Below are positions 42,701 through 54,434 of a stretch of DNA of 64,000 nt, in pieces. A model generated the notes under the pieces. It saw only the letters and a program-made list of their open reading frames with translations. It was not told the DNA's origin and ran no database searches. The first letter of the stretch is position 1; the number at the start of each line of letters is the position of its first letter. The stretch lies in NCBI RefSeq assembly GCF_964204865.1, contig NC_135257.1, positions 8,742,001-8,806,000 of the forward strand, written 5' to 3'. Made by a program: the position numbers and the translations under genes. Origin of the DNA: Styela clava (taxonomy: Eukaryota).

Positions 42701-45269
42701 TATGTTTGTTTCTTTATTTTTCTTTCTTTATTTCAACAAGACTATCCATCAAATGCAAGAACAAGTTTTATGTCAAACGATCCTGTACAAGTTGATGGTA
42801 AGAAACTATGCCAAGACAGTCACACATTCATCATCAAAACATCGTATATAATACGCATGTATAATTCAGTAAATACGACTAAATTTGTTCATGTTTTTGG
42901 TAACCGTCGTTTTTAATTATCACACCATTCAGTTCGGGAGTTCATTCTCCATCAATAACAGTATATATCTAAAATTAACAATACAAAATTATAATTCATT
43001 TGTGAAATATATTTTTTCTAGGGTAAATTGGTCTTTTTTAGTGTTGCATGTTACTTTTTAAGATTTTTAAAACTTTTTCCAGCGTATTATTTTTCCGACT
43101 TTCAGCCCATAATTTGCAGACAAATTTTGGTGATTTCAGCCTTATTTCAATGCTTTATGGCTTATTGAAATGATTTTGCATTATAAGTTTTTATAATTAC
43201 AAACGATGCCGCTTATAAAATTGACCAAAATCGTCTTTTCTATTTTAAAATTTAATTGCTTGTTATTTTCAGTCAACGGTATCGGATATACCATGGAAGG
43301 CAACCGAAGTGCGCTGAAAGTAAATTTCCATCTCGATAAACATATTTTCATCAAACTTCCACCGAGATTACAAGCTGGAGGAGGGGTGAAGATTGTGCCT
43401 GTTATGTTTAACCATGGTAAGTTCAATCTGAAACATTTTTACTAGACTGGTGTCGTTGGTTAGATATTATCATGCTGTAGGTGATTCCAGAATTTTCAAA
43501 CGTATTTCATGCATATATTCAATTAATACAACTTCCACTAAAGCTTTACTTACGACACGAGTTACAACCTAAGTCTAGCCCTACGCTCGGAGCAATAGTT
43601 CGGTGCCAATTGTACGAGGTATCAAAGAATGCAGAGACAAAATTCAAGCGTGGCGAACGAGTGCAAATGTACGAGAGCGCAAACTCATGTCCTTATCGTG
43701 ATCGTAGAAGCAAGAGTTAGATATGTAAATTGAATTGACACTATTCAATGTTTAAATGAAATGCTTTTATATGTAGAAACGCAATCGGAAAATTTGGACA
43801 CCAATGTTGTTGTCGTTTTTATTGTTTTCTGTTTTTTCCTGGACATTTTGTTTTTGTCATTTTTAAAAAATTTCGCGACCATTAATAACCGTGTTCATAT
43901 ATTTAAGCATTGCTGTTTTGTTTAATGCTGATGTAAATTGTGTTACAGGTCTCGAAGACGTTGGATCTTTCTTATATAAGCAAGGTGTTACGTTACACGA
44001 GTTTTTGAATTCTCTAAACGAAAAAGCTCTGGAGAAAACATATGATTATTACAAGAAATTCCGAGCATTCCATCTCGACAGATCCAAACTTCCTCGTGAT
44101 ACTGAAGCCAGAGCTGTAATGATAGATCGGGTGAGTGAATCAAGAGCAACTGTTTTATAAACAGCTCTTTAACCACAATTTTTTATTCATTGCTTTACCC
44201 CAAATTTTGACATTTTAAAAATTTCGCTACTACTAAATAGATTTCCTCAGGAGAGTTAACGAGGCAGATGCGCCAAAAATGACCCCTCTGCGCAAAAAAA
44301 TAATTTTAACATCTGTACACTAACCTATCTTTTAAAATAATTTTAAATCATATCAAAAAGGTATATATATATCGGTCTACATTTATCCGATACCGGAGAA
44401 TGACCGATATCGATACATCTCTAGTTAGTACCGGTACAGACGCGCGGCTTTCGTATCCATAAATTTGAGCATTTCTCTCTCGTTTATTTTTAAGTCTTAA
44501 TCAAAACACACTTTCCCGTTTTCAGCTTTCACGCCCTTTGAATGCACTAGATGAAGTGATGCAATTGATCGAAGCTCACGTAAAGCCTCGAGCCAACAGC
44601 CCTAATCTCAGTAACACCGGTTGTGGAGTATTGAGCCTTTCTGCAGAATTTTGTCACCGATTGGGTGGTTGCCACATTATGTCATGTAATAATGGAGTAT
44701 ACAGGTAAGCCAAGATCCAACAGGACCAAAGAAAATTTGTTTTATCGTTCTATGCTCTATGTGTAACACAAACAATTTTGTAGTATATATAATTCTACTT
44801 TATTTTTAGATCAACAACTGCATGTTCTTTGCAACAAGCAATGATTTTAGCCCGATGCCATGGCTTGCCGCCTAGATATCTTTCTACCGCGAACCATTTG
44901 TTTACTCATGCTGGAGCACGATCGATAAATCCCAGGAAAAATCCACATACTAGAGACACAACTGTAAAATCTGCCCCGAGGTGAGTGATATGTTCAATAT
45001 AAACCAGGCTTCGATATTTTTATCGATAATATTCTTCTAGTGTATGTTTTTTCATCTTGTTAAACGTATAGGCGAATTCCACAAATCACAAGCACAATAT
45101 TTTTACTCCTCGCTATTATCATCAATATATGTATTTTGTTAATGTGACGAGTTTAAACTGCTTCATAAAATTTATTGTCGACTTTCACAGACTATACAGA
45201 ACAGCGGAAAATCCTGAAGACATCTCGATAACTCGTGATAAAAAAGGTTCCAAGTTAGGCGATGAGTAG
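21714..45269 (+). CDS. PREX1/2: PIP3-dependent Rac exchanger P-Rex (PREX1/PREX2 family): DH-PH-DEP-DEP-PDZ-PDZ-IP4P-like, about 1795 aa, 42 exons
   Basis: Exons: 21714-21818, 22704-22808, 23147-23236, 23695-23799, 23887-23985, 24297-24458, 24978-25120, 25992-26143, 26683-26832, 30010-30151, 30978-31078, 31292-31445, 32112-32260, 32764-32927, 33180-33281, 33580-33731, 33882-34017, 34707-34868, 35032-35153, 35236-35287, 35514-35639, 35995-36156, 36909-36990, 37201-37411, 37721-37886, 38175-38247, 38495-38650, 38944-39051, 39192-39321, 39408-39493, 39944-40086, 40172-40287, 40749-40897, 41307-41422, 41572-41673, 41921-42023, 42741-42797, 43273-43416, 43949-44130, 44526-44704, 44810-44980, 45191-45269. 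All introns are GT-AG with consistent phases; total 5388 nt. Motifs: [89 protein letters not shown]. The low-complexity middle exons are less certain. Confidence 0.93.
28689..28899 (-). ncRNA. U3: U3 snoRNA gene (about 211 nt), antisense inside P-Rex intron 9
   Basis: The minus-strand 5' end AAGATCATACTTTTAGGGATCATTTCTATAGTGTG matches the U3 box A'/A region. Box C' TTGATGC (28814-28820), box B GAGCGTGA (28788-28795), box C TTGAAGA (28741-28747), box D CTGA (28694-28697). Terminal stem ACCGC/GCGGT, central stem CCACCCTCTC/GAGAGGGTGG and hairpin CTCCGCT/AGCGGAG. Confidence 0.93.
28943..28958 (-). promoter_or_regulatory. Putative snRNA-type proximal sequence element (PSE) of the U3 gene
   Basis: TTACCACAAATAGGAG lies at about -59 to -44 from the U3 5' end, the usual PSE position. 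It only loosely resembles the TCACC-type consensus. Confidence 0.5.
30463..30824. mobile_element. Degenerate hAT/Charlie-type MITE in P-Rex intron 10
   Basis: TAGGCATGTCCAACCCG...TTTGGCCCG..GTAGTTTGCCCATGTCAG with GGCCCG/CGGGCC subterminal motifs. No TSD. Confidence 0.65.
31488..31868. mobile_element. Degenerate hAT/Charlie-type MITE in P-Rex intron 12
   Basis: Ends CAGGGGTGTGCAACA / TGTTGCACACCTTA. No TSD. Confidence 0.7.
34307..34485. repeat. Near-perfect ~180-bp palindrome (inverted duplication of a Penelope-like terminal repeat)
   Basis: 34307-34359 is the exact reverse complement of 34433-34485, and 34361-34385 of 34392-34416. The centre is GTATAG. The right arm has 16 nt (34417-34432) where the left arm has 1 nt. 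Confidence 0.95.
34398..34450 (+). ncRNA. Minimal type I hammerhead ribozyme motif (Penelope-type)
   Basis: CUGAAGA (34407-34413), one extra A, stem II GUCUGAC-CUUG-GUCAGAC (34415-34432), GAAA (34433-34436), then palindromic AACGUU as stem III with a GUU triplet (34438-34440). Stem I is weak (UGU/ACA plus interrupted pairs). Confidence 0.7.
37462..37650. mobile_element. Degenerate small foldback element with a TTAGGG motif, P-Rex intron 24
   Basis: Inverted TTGGTATGCGGT / ACCTCATACCAA, internal TTAGTTAGGGTTAGG and hairpin GGCACC-GCAATT-GGTGCC. Confidence 0.5.
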
Positions 45270-48200
45270 CCTGATTTAGGAAGATACTAATAACAAGTCT
45301 GTATATATAGTTTCTATGACCAACGTTGCAAATAGAGGACACTTCTACAATTAAAAATAAATCAGCTTCCAATTTATAACAAGCACAGTCGGTTTGATTT
45401 CTAGATAATATTACCAAACTGCCTGTTTTTTGTATAATAACATGAATTCTACACTCGCAAACGAATAGTTTGCTTTTCCTTATCATGAAGTAGAAACAGA
45501 ATATTTAAGATATTATAATATAGTATGGATAAAATATCTTAAACATTCAATAATTTAATTTGCAATGGTTGTCCATTGTAAACAAGAATACGTCAGATCA
45601 TTGATGCCAATATCACCATTCTATTCGATCATATCATCTTATGTTAAACCTTAGATGTGAAATATCTTCCTCTCCGTCGCTTGTAATATAGCTATTTTGG
45701 TTTTTATTTTTTTTATTATTATTATTGCTGTTGGTAACCTATTTAATTTCATTCACTTGATGTTGATATTAATTCAAATTGATTGTAGGATGTATATATT
45801 TAATTAATATGTCAGTAATAAAAATTCTTGCCAGCAGAGATTCTGCACAGTTTACGATTCTTTTTTATATAACTATTCGCTTTAAATTATGTTTCTAACC
45901 AATGATAACTTGTGGTTATTGTTTTGCTATTATTATTGCTTTTTCTTGATTATGTTAGACCAGTGTCAACTTTTGTGTTGCCACATAGGAAATCGCGGGC
46001 GGGTAAAAAACTAATAATGCATAATAAACCATATTAAACGCTGTATATAGTTCATCAATCATACTATTTGGTAACAGAAACATACACATTTGTAAAATGA
46101 AAACTAAATTTAATAAACAATAATTGGCATGAAAATACACCATATAAAATGTTTTTTGTCAAACTGAAGGAACAGCATCATTCTAATTGAATTCAAAAAT
46201 ACTGTATTTCAGTATAACATATGCATAGCCATTGCATTTTTTCGCAACAGTGTCTGATTTGATTACCATACCGTTTTATCCATTACCCACTTTTAGTTTA
46301 CATCTTTCTTTAGAAAATTTCTTTGTTGGAATGTGGATTCCAAGTATATGCAAGTGTTATTCGTTTTCTGGAATTCACTATTTTTTGAGTTTTTTGAAAA
46401 ATTTTGAATTGCTTATCAAACATGTTTTATAATCGAGATGTTGATGTGCAGCTACAAATTTCATTCCCTTTTAACGATCTACCGCACTCGATTTGAATGT
46501 CATTTCACATTTTCCAAATGTAATAATCTTTTTTCTGTATTCGCTTTTTTAAAAGAAAGCAGTGAATGTTTGAGCTTTAAACAGTTAATTGGTTAACGCC
46601 ATATACTGTATCTTGCTATATTTTAAAATTGTTTTACTGAATTTGCATTTAAATTTCAACATTTATCTAAAGCAGTATAAAAGAATTTGAAAAATTTTCA
46701 TAAATATTTGTGATATATTTCATTTCAATATTTGATTTCAAAATTAAGATGATTTTACATTCTAGTGTCTTTATATATATATATATACATTGGATTAAAT
46801 CGTTTTATGGTCGTGCCTCTGAAACGTAATAATGTTTTAGAACAATTCTTATTAGTTGATTTATTACTTACTTTTCTGAGTTATCAGCATTCTCTTATTC
46901 TCTTCAATGTTTGATTTGAATACACAGAAATTGATACATAGTCTTTTGTCTCATATTCGTTTCATAGCTAATTCGGAGGTTACAAGTGAATAAAATGAAA
47001 TTGTTAATTGGAAATTTCCACTCAAGTGTAAGCTCAGGAAGCATTAAGAGATGTCACAACATTAAGCTTCACACATAGATGTCACACCGCGTTGAATTAT
47101 ATTATTTTGAAATTTGTAGAAACAATCTGCATTGTTTATTCCTGATATTCAACAATGTTAAGAATGCCAATAAACTATTAAAATGTTTTCACTGTTACCG
47201 TCACTCCGTTAACTCGAACGCTTTGTAAACTCTTAACCAACTCATGAACCGGAACGCCACCAGTTTGGCAATTTTACTAAGAAACTTACATTCATTATAT
47301 TGCCATCATTAGCTTCATGAGTTCCATCAATGCTGTTTGCCCATCATTTTTCTAGAAGTTTACGATGCGGATTTACGTTTAGGCGACGCTTTGAGGCATT
47401 CTAATTAAAACTGTTCTAATCGTCGAGGGAATAATATTGCAAATAAATATTACTACAGGTATACGTTGTTTCCAGTGTCAACGGTTTCCGTTCAAAGGAA
47501 ATCCGTACAATTCAGAAAGACGTCTAAAATTATTGCAGACAAGAAGTAGCGTTATTTCCGTACTGCGTGTGTTTTAGTATGCATATCTCTAATGTATTCA
47601 ATAGTGCAGTGCAATAGTTTTTATTTCAAGACCGATATCCCTTGCAGTAATTTGATATTAACAGAACTGAAGAAAATGGCAGTTTGGAAGATGACAAGAT
47701 GTATATTATATGTTGAGGTTTTTGTTCGCAATTATTTTTGTTACATATATATATATATGATTAAAGATGGTTGATTTGCGAGTCAGATTGAAGCCAATTA
47801 GTTGTTATGTAACTACAAAACTACACCCAATTGGCCCAATTCGTGAGAAACGCATGAAAACAGAATTATTTATTTCCGCAATAGCAATTATCAATTTCTT
47901 GGAATCCAATTTCAAATTTTAATAGCCTTTCGGTGCCATCCAATGTACTTATTATAGCAACCACCGTTTTAATTCCGTACAGCGTTATGATTAGTCGGTT
48001 TATCATAGGTTATCGGATTTTAAGACGTTGTCCTTGAACCGCTGAACCAACCGTTTTCAATATTCAGTATAGTCGAAGATGGGTGTGTCACCTATAAGCA
48101 GTTCGGGATATATCATAAGGCAGGGTAGGCTGAAGCCTGGAAGCATCAACTCTTACGGGTCTCGTTATTCAATTTTGCAGTTTTTTTTTTTCATTTTCAA

Positions 48201-48989
48201 ATCGTTTCTGAGTTCAGAGACTTTTTTAAGAATAAAAGCGGTTTAAAATGTTAAAGATCTTCCCTTTGTTCAATTAGTTGATAATTATGGTCTCAAATAT
48301 TTATTGAAACTAGGAATTATAGTATTTGAAGTACCTCAAATTCATATTTTATCTTAGACCCGTTTATTTCAAAAAATGAATTCATAATTTTATTCATCAG
48401 TTATATATATATGTTTTATTTATCTATAATAGAATCGTGCTCAAAGACGACGACGACGCGGGGTATGGCGACTATGAGTTTTCTGGTGCCATAGCGTTTA
48501 ATTACAGCCTCGAGATAGTAAGGTTTTTTTTAAAATGGATGTAGCGTTACAATATAGAATAGCGCATTCCTTGTGAATTGTTCCCCATCCCAGAAAGGAG
48601 GCTTCGTCGGTGGCAATGAGGCAACATAGTACGCTAATCACAAAGGTAGATTGGACAGTATGTTGAATTTAAAGGTTCGTGCAAATTTTCAACGTATTAA
48701 TCAATTGCGTGAAAATAGCAAGAGAATCTGCGTCGTCCACCGTCAGAACTGGAAGGATTTAAATATAGCAAAACTCGAACGGATATACTTTGATCGGCGC
48801 TAGCCGCTATCACGAACTGCCGAACCTATTCTCCAATTTGATAAGCCTTGAAACTCGTATGATGTATGTAGGCGATATCAGGGTAACTCATTCCCTTGAC
48901 GCAAAAGAATTTACGTGTAGACTAAATTATATTATAACGTACCTAGTATATAATTCACAATTACTCGTTTAATGAGTCTATAATTTATT

Positions 48990-49237
48990 TATAAGTTAGA
49001 CAAATGGCAACAAAACGCAGAAAAGTTGATGCTAAGTGCAAATGGTTTAATGGCGCAGAAAATATTCAAATGGTCAGTCTTTGCGCACTGCTTAAAATTT
49101 AACTTCTGATTTGTGTGAAAAAATGTGATTCATCAGTCATCCGTTCGGTTTTTAACTTTCTAAAAATATGTGCGGCCCGCCAATGACTTGCAACTTTTAA
49201 TTTTGGCCCGCGAGCGACAAAAGGTTGTCGACCCCTG
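48990..49237 (+). mobile_element. Right end of an internally deleted hAT (SPIN/GTF2IRD2-like) element retaining the first transposase codons
   Basis: ATG 49004 reads MATKRRKVDAKCKWF. The element ends TTTTGGCCCGCG...AGGTTGTCGACCCCTG, followed by CTCTACAT (nnnTAnnn site). The left TIR was not found. Confidence 0.65.
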
Positions 49238-49543
49238 CTCTACATAGTCATACTCGATCATACTTCCATTCATGGTTTTGAAAAGTCCAGCATATCTGGC
49301 TAGTACAGCCATGCTATAAATTTGACTTCAAAGCGCACTAATTACAACGACTATCAATTTGAATCTAATTATGACTGATTTGGAACAAAATACGAGACTG
49401 TGTATACACAAGGTAATTGCATTATGGTCGATTGCTATAACCTTCACATCCAAGTTGTACAACCTCGTTTGAAGCAGACGGTTTGATAAGTATTTGCGCA
49501 TATTTTGCAAATTTAAACATCTAATTTAATTAGACATTTAGAC

Positions 49544-49885
49544 CAGTGGTTTTCAAACGGTGTGGCGTAGGCAAATTTTTGAGGGCGTGAGGCTAATTAA
49601 AATATTTGTTAGATTTGATCTTATCTCTTTTTTGTTTTTGGACCTTTCATTTATTTCCTCATTCACGTTCCATACACGTATTTTTAACGTGTTTTCTGAA
49701 TAAAACAAAAAAGCAAAAAAAAAACGGACAAGATCAAATCTAACGTGTTTTCTGAATAAAATATACTTTTGTCTCACTATCTGGTATTTGTAGCTAGACT
49801 ATATTGTTAGCTGGGTATTTTTGAGGTGGGGCGCGAGACCTGACAAATTCTAAAAAGACAAGTTTAACAAGTTTGCAAACCACTT
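49544..49885. mobile_element. hAT (Buster/Charlie-type) MITE
   Basis: TIRs CAGTGGTTTTCAAAC / GTTTGCAAACCACTT. Perfect TSD ATTTAGAC at 49536-49543 and 49886-49893. Internal direct repeat TAACGTGTTTTCTGAATAAAA occurs twice. Confidence 0.9.
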
Positions 49886-51031
49886 ATTTAGACGATTAAT
49901 GTGAATAATATTACGACATTGATTAAACAGTTATGGCGTTGCGAATTAAATGTGAGTGTTCCGTCGATATCGAAGGTATCATTTAGTTGATAGGGTTCAA
50001 CTTGGAGAACCTCAGCATGTTTTTCGAACATATATGAGCACGTATGTAGTGACTATTAGATAATCCATAGGGCTATTGCAGCGGCCAAACGACAGCACGC
50101 GTTTCACTGTCTCACATAATCAACATTATATTGGCAAGGCGCAATAAACCAATCCATTTGACCGTATCGATCGGATTGCCTTCTACATCAGTTTTGCACC
50201 GATTTTCGTTCCTCGGATAATGACAATATCAACGTATTTAAACCTCGGGTATCGTATCATATTTGATCAACGTTCATAAACATTTTGTGGACTTTGAAAT
50301 TTTCGTGTTTATTTTGCGCACGCTATCTGAATTTATGTGTTATATCATGCATGCGTACGGTAGTGGTAATTAATATGGCGCACAGCTGTTCTTTGCTGGT
50401 AAGAATACACGCTTATTGTCGGGAAGACAGTTAGTAAATGTTAGCCTAATCGAAAATAATATTTATTTTTTGTAAAACTACATAATTTAAAAGAAATGTG
50501 GGTGTAAAAATAATAATAATCAATGTTATGAAGTGCAACTTAGTTACGAAGTATATTGAAATAATCTGCATAGACAGTTTCAGTGACAGGTAGTTTTGGA
50601 TTCTTTGTCAATTTATCTCGCCAAGCAGTTCAATCAGAGTTTATTCATTTGATGCATTCTACAGTTTATGGCAACATATTGGCAAAATTATTATGCTTAG
50701 CTGATGGTAAATAGTTTACACCAAATATAATAATCAATAATTGTCAGAAGTATGATTAGACCTAATATAGCCATATTCGACCAATATGTGATCTAGCCAA
50801 AATTATCAAGTCACAGGTAATATTAACACCAAACAACGAATGTTCAAGCTTTCGGAAACGATTGAGTTTAAGCGATAACTGCATAGACATCAGAAGAAAT
50901 TGGCAGTCTTCAATTCAAGTCAAATGAAACATAATCCAACCTTCTTTGTTCATTTTACGTTCAAATACGGAATTATGTGTACAGGGTATAGTTTACCTAA
51001 AGAAAGTGACAATGCGATACGCTTAAAAGAA

Positions 51032-51326
51032 ATCAGTATCAGTATCAGTAATTTATTTTTCCACCATTTGAAAATACGCAAGCTACATATACAGAATAAA
51101 ATAAAATAAGAATAGCATTTCAGGGTGGAGGGAAACGCTGAAAAACCAGTACTGGTTATCGAGCAGCGACACCCTAGATGGGGTCTAACACAGCATGACG
51201 AAATAACATGAAATAGAAAGCTTAAAATGAATATGAATGAAAAAGCAAAATAATCACACTAAATAAAATTGTATATTGGAAACGTTCAAGTATCCAGCGG
51301 ATTTTCAGGAAATCCAGAGTCTCTCG
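51032..51326 (-). mobile_element. 3' tail of a LINE/SINE (L2/CR1-like)
   Basis: The minus strand ends AATAAATT(ACTGAT)3. Upstream is the stem-loop CGCTG..AACCAGTACTGGTT..CAGCG (51136-51168). Confidence 0.6.
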
Positions 51327-54300
51327 TTGTGGCGGCGCGTCAATAGGGCCAACCGGGGCAATGCCCCGGTTGCTTTTTCGGTATAATGAAAAATATTCGA
51401 AAAATACCTCAATATCGGTTGCACAGACTGTCTACACTAGCCATATTCTCCCGACATGGTTCATTTTTCGCTCGCAAAGCCTTCGCCGAACGTCGACGGG
51501 GCGACGCCGATTTTGCCCCGGTTGCTCATTGTATATCGTATTCTCTCTTTTATCTTCCACTCGCCGCGTTTGTCTCGTTTGTTTTACTAAATCATCGGGG
51601 CCGATCGGGGCTAGCCCCGAAATTATGACGACACAATGCCGACGTTTCTTACAACAACGTGTTGACATATTCACGCATTCCTTCTCGTTCGTTGGTTGCT
51701 TGAAGAGTTGATAGTTTCCTCGCCTTCGTTTTTGTCGCTTGTTTCGCTATTTGAATCAGTTAGAGACCTTTAGTCCATTTGCTTTCGATTTTCCACATTC
51801 CTTTTGAGCTCCTCACTTCTTTCTGGCTTCGCATTTCTTAGCCTTAGACCTCATAATGAATAAGGTTGATGCACTACTTCGCACTCCGTTTTCGCAGCTG
51901 CCGCTGGAACAAAAATTAGAGGTACAACGTCTTGGGCCTTATCAACCAAAAAATTGTTCACTGGAACAATCCCATGACGGAGGAAAGCGTCGGCGTACAT
52001 TCTGCGCAGAAACTTGGTATAAAAAACACGAATGGTTGTGTTACAGCGAGAACAAAAATGCACTTTTTTGTTTTTATTGCCTACTTTTTGCTACCGCCCG
52101 TGACTCACGTTGGTGTAAATTTGGTTTTAGAGATCTTAAACATCTTTCCGAGCGTGCCAGGGATCATCAATCTTCTATGGAGCATCTGGACAATGCAGTA
52201 AAATACCGAACATTCGGAAATGTTAATATTGCAGCACAGTTGGATGAAGGACGCGCGGTTTCTATTCGTCGGCACAACCAAAACGCCGAAAAAAACCGCC
52301 ATGTTCTCGGTCGATTGATAGATGTTTTGAAGTTCATTGGTTGTCACGAGCTGTCCCTCCGTGGGCACGATAAACGGGCTGGCTCTTCTAATAGAGGGGT
52401 ATTTTTGGATATGGTGGAATACACCGCATCCCTAGATACAGTATTGAGAGATCATCTTGATGCCGCAACTGTTTCGAAAGGGACATCTAAGGATATCCAA
52501 AATGATTTGCTCGACTCAATGTATAAAATTTATTTACAACATTTGGCTCTGGAAATTGAGAATTGCCAGTTCCTTTCGATTCAGTCTGACGAGACAACTG
52601 ACATCACGTGCGTTTCCCAACTGGCTGTGATTTTTCGGTTTGTGAAAGATGGTAAACCTACCGAGAGATTTCACAGCTTTGTACCAATCGTTGATCGCAC
52701 GGCTTGCGGGATATCGGCTGTACCGAAAGAAGTGTTACAGCCTTACAACGCGAAGCCAAAATTGATAGCTCAAACTTATGACGGCGCGGCAGTCATGAGT
52801 GGGTCGAAACATGGTGTTCAAGTTTATATAAAAGAAGATTTTCCTCATGCGCATTTTTTACATTGTTATGCAGACCAATTTAACCTCGTTAATAAAAATA
52901 TGTGTCTTGATACCCCTCTCGTCCGCATATTTTTTGCAAATGTTTCGGGGTTTTCTTCATTTTTTTCCGTTTCGCCGAAGCGCTCTGACCTCCTTCGCCA
53001 GATATGTAGCCGCCGTCTCCCAGCTTGTGCACCAACACGTAGGAACTTCCAATCACGCGTGGTGCAGGGCGTGTCCGAAATTAGGTCTGAGCTCATTGAG
53101 TGTTTCAATGGCATTCAGAGCTCTCCGGTTTGGAACGAACGCTCTGTGAGGGAGGCGGCAGGTCTAAAGCGTCTGCTAGAAAATGGTGAGTTTTCATTTT
53201 TTCTCGCTTTTTTCTCCACAATATTCTATCACGTGGATGTATTATACGGCGCATTGCAGTCAAGGCTAATGGATGGAGCGTCTGTGCAGTCGTGTATTTC
53301 AGACTTCTGCGATGCTGTATCTCGTATCCGGGAAACAATAAAATACGACGACACATGGAGTGCTTCTTTACGCCGCGGGCATACAACGCAGCGTTTGATT
53401 TTGTCTGCAAAGGAATGCTGTGACATTCTGGTGAATCAAATAGGCGATCGTCTGCGCACTGAACACCTTGCCGCGTTCTCTTTGATGAACCCCAAAAATT
53501 TTTCAAAATTTGCACGTCAATTTCCCATCCATTTGTTGGCTACTGTCTCCAAATTTTACCCCATGATAAACGTGGGTAAATTGGAAAATGAATTGCGATG
53601 TATATACACCAATCAAACTTTTTTGAACATCACATCAACTTGCGCGCTCTATGGGTTCCTCATAGATAACACTCTAGTAACTACCTTTGCGGCGTCTGCA
53701 AAATTTCTGGACATCATTTTGACGACGCCTATTTCTTCCGCCGACGCAGAGCGAACATTCAGAACGCTGAAGCGTATTAAAACGTATCTCAGAAACACAA
53801 TGAAGCAAGATAGATTAAATTCCTTGGCTGTTTTATCCATTCACAGAGACGTTATTTCTGGGATGCATGACTTTAATCAGCGCGTTATTGAGCATTTTGC
53901 TTCCAAGAAACCGCGGCGTGTTGCCTATATGTTCAAGCAGTAGAAGTCTAGCAGCATATATATCTATGAGTGAGCGACGCATGTCCTTATCTTTGCATTA
54001 ACTTTCTATTCTTCATAGTAACGTTTTAAACCTTATTTTAGGTTTTGTCTGCTTTCCCGAAGTTTCTGTTAATATGTCATTGTATTTATCTGGGTAAATA
54101 TTGCCTTTCCTTTTGAAAGAGGTTTCAAAATAAACTATGTCTATATTTATTAATCCCTTGACTTGGACCGGTTTTAAAGACACTTTCTTATCGTTAAAAA
54201 TTGTCCGTTTTGCCGATTGGTTGTTACCGATGGAATGGTTTTTATACTCATAAAGTGATGGGAGAACTTACAGCGCTCATCCTGTCCCCGTAGATGGAGG

Positions 54301-54357
54301 TGACTTGGTCCCGCAGTAGCTTGCCCCGGTTGTCAAAATGACCACGCGCCGCCACTG
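51327..54357 (+). mobile_element. hAT transposon (Tip100/ZMYM1-like), about 3.0 kb
   Basis: TIRs (tt)GTGGCGGCGCGT (51329-51340) / ACGCGCCGCCACTG (to 54357). TGCCCCGGTTG subterminal repeats at 51362, 51514 and 54322. The left terminal CA is missing and there is no TSD. Confidence 0.9.
51856..53943 (+). CDS. hAT transposase (TTF-type zinc finger, DUF4371, hAT dimerisation domain), 695 aa, probably inactive
   Basis: WLCYS...FCFYC zinc finger, LRGHD, SKDIQNDL. Catalytic residues D (SDETTD, 52588), D (YDGA, 52780) and E (AERTF, 53749). C-terminal LKRIKTYLRNTMKQDRLNSLAVLSIH. Confidence 0.93.
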   Translation: MNKVDALLRTPFSQLPLEQKLEVQRLGPYQPKNCSLEQSHDGGKRRRTFCAETWYKKHEWLCYSENKNALFCFYCLLFATARDSRWCKFGFRDLKHLSERARDHQSSMEHLDNAVKYRTFGNVNIAAQLDEGRAVSIRRHNQNAEKNRHVLGRLIDVLKFIGCHELSLRGHDKRAGSSNRGVFLDMVEYTASLDTVLRDHLDAATVSKGTSKDIQNDLLDSMYKIYLQHLALEIENCQFLSIQSDETTDITCVSQLAVIFRFVKDGKPTERFHSFVPIVDRTACGISAVPKEVLQPYNAKPKLIAQTYDGAAVMSGSKHGVQVYIKEDFPHAHFLHCYADQFNLVNKNMCLDTPLVRIFFANVSGFSSFFSVSPKRSDLLRQICSRRLPACAPTRRNFQSRVVQGVSEIRSELIECFNGIQSSPVWNERSVREAAGLKRLLENGEFSFFLAFFSTIFYHVDVLYGALQSRLMDGASVQSCISDFCDAVSRIRETIKYDDTWSASLRRGHTTQRLILSAKECCDILVNQIGDRLRTEHLAAFSLMNPKNFSKFARQFPIHLLATVSKFYPMINVGKLENELRCIYTNQTFLNITSTCALYGFLIDNTLVTTFAASAKFLDIILTTPISSADAERTFRTLKRIKTYLRNTMKQDRLNSLAVLSIHRDVISGMHDFNQRVIEHFASKKPRRVAYMFKQ

Positions 54358-54434
54358 AATTATTTTTGTGTTTATAGTAAGGGTAAAAATAAGAATTCAG
54401 ATGTTACATTGTTAAGTATCAAAATCAGCTAGAG

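Noticed and set aside
51361-51711. ORFs upstream of the transposase
   Set aside because: GC-rich subterminal region of the hAT element with no protein motifs.
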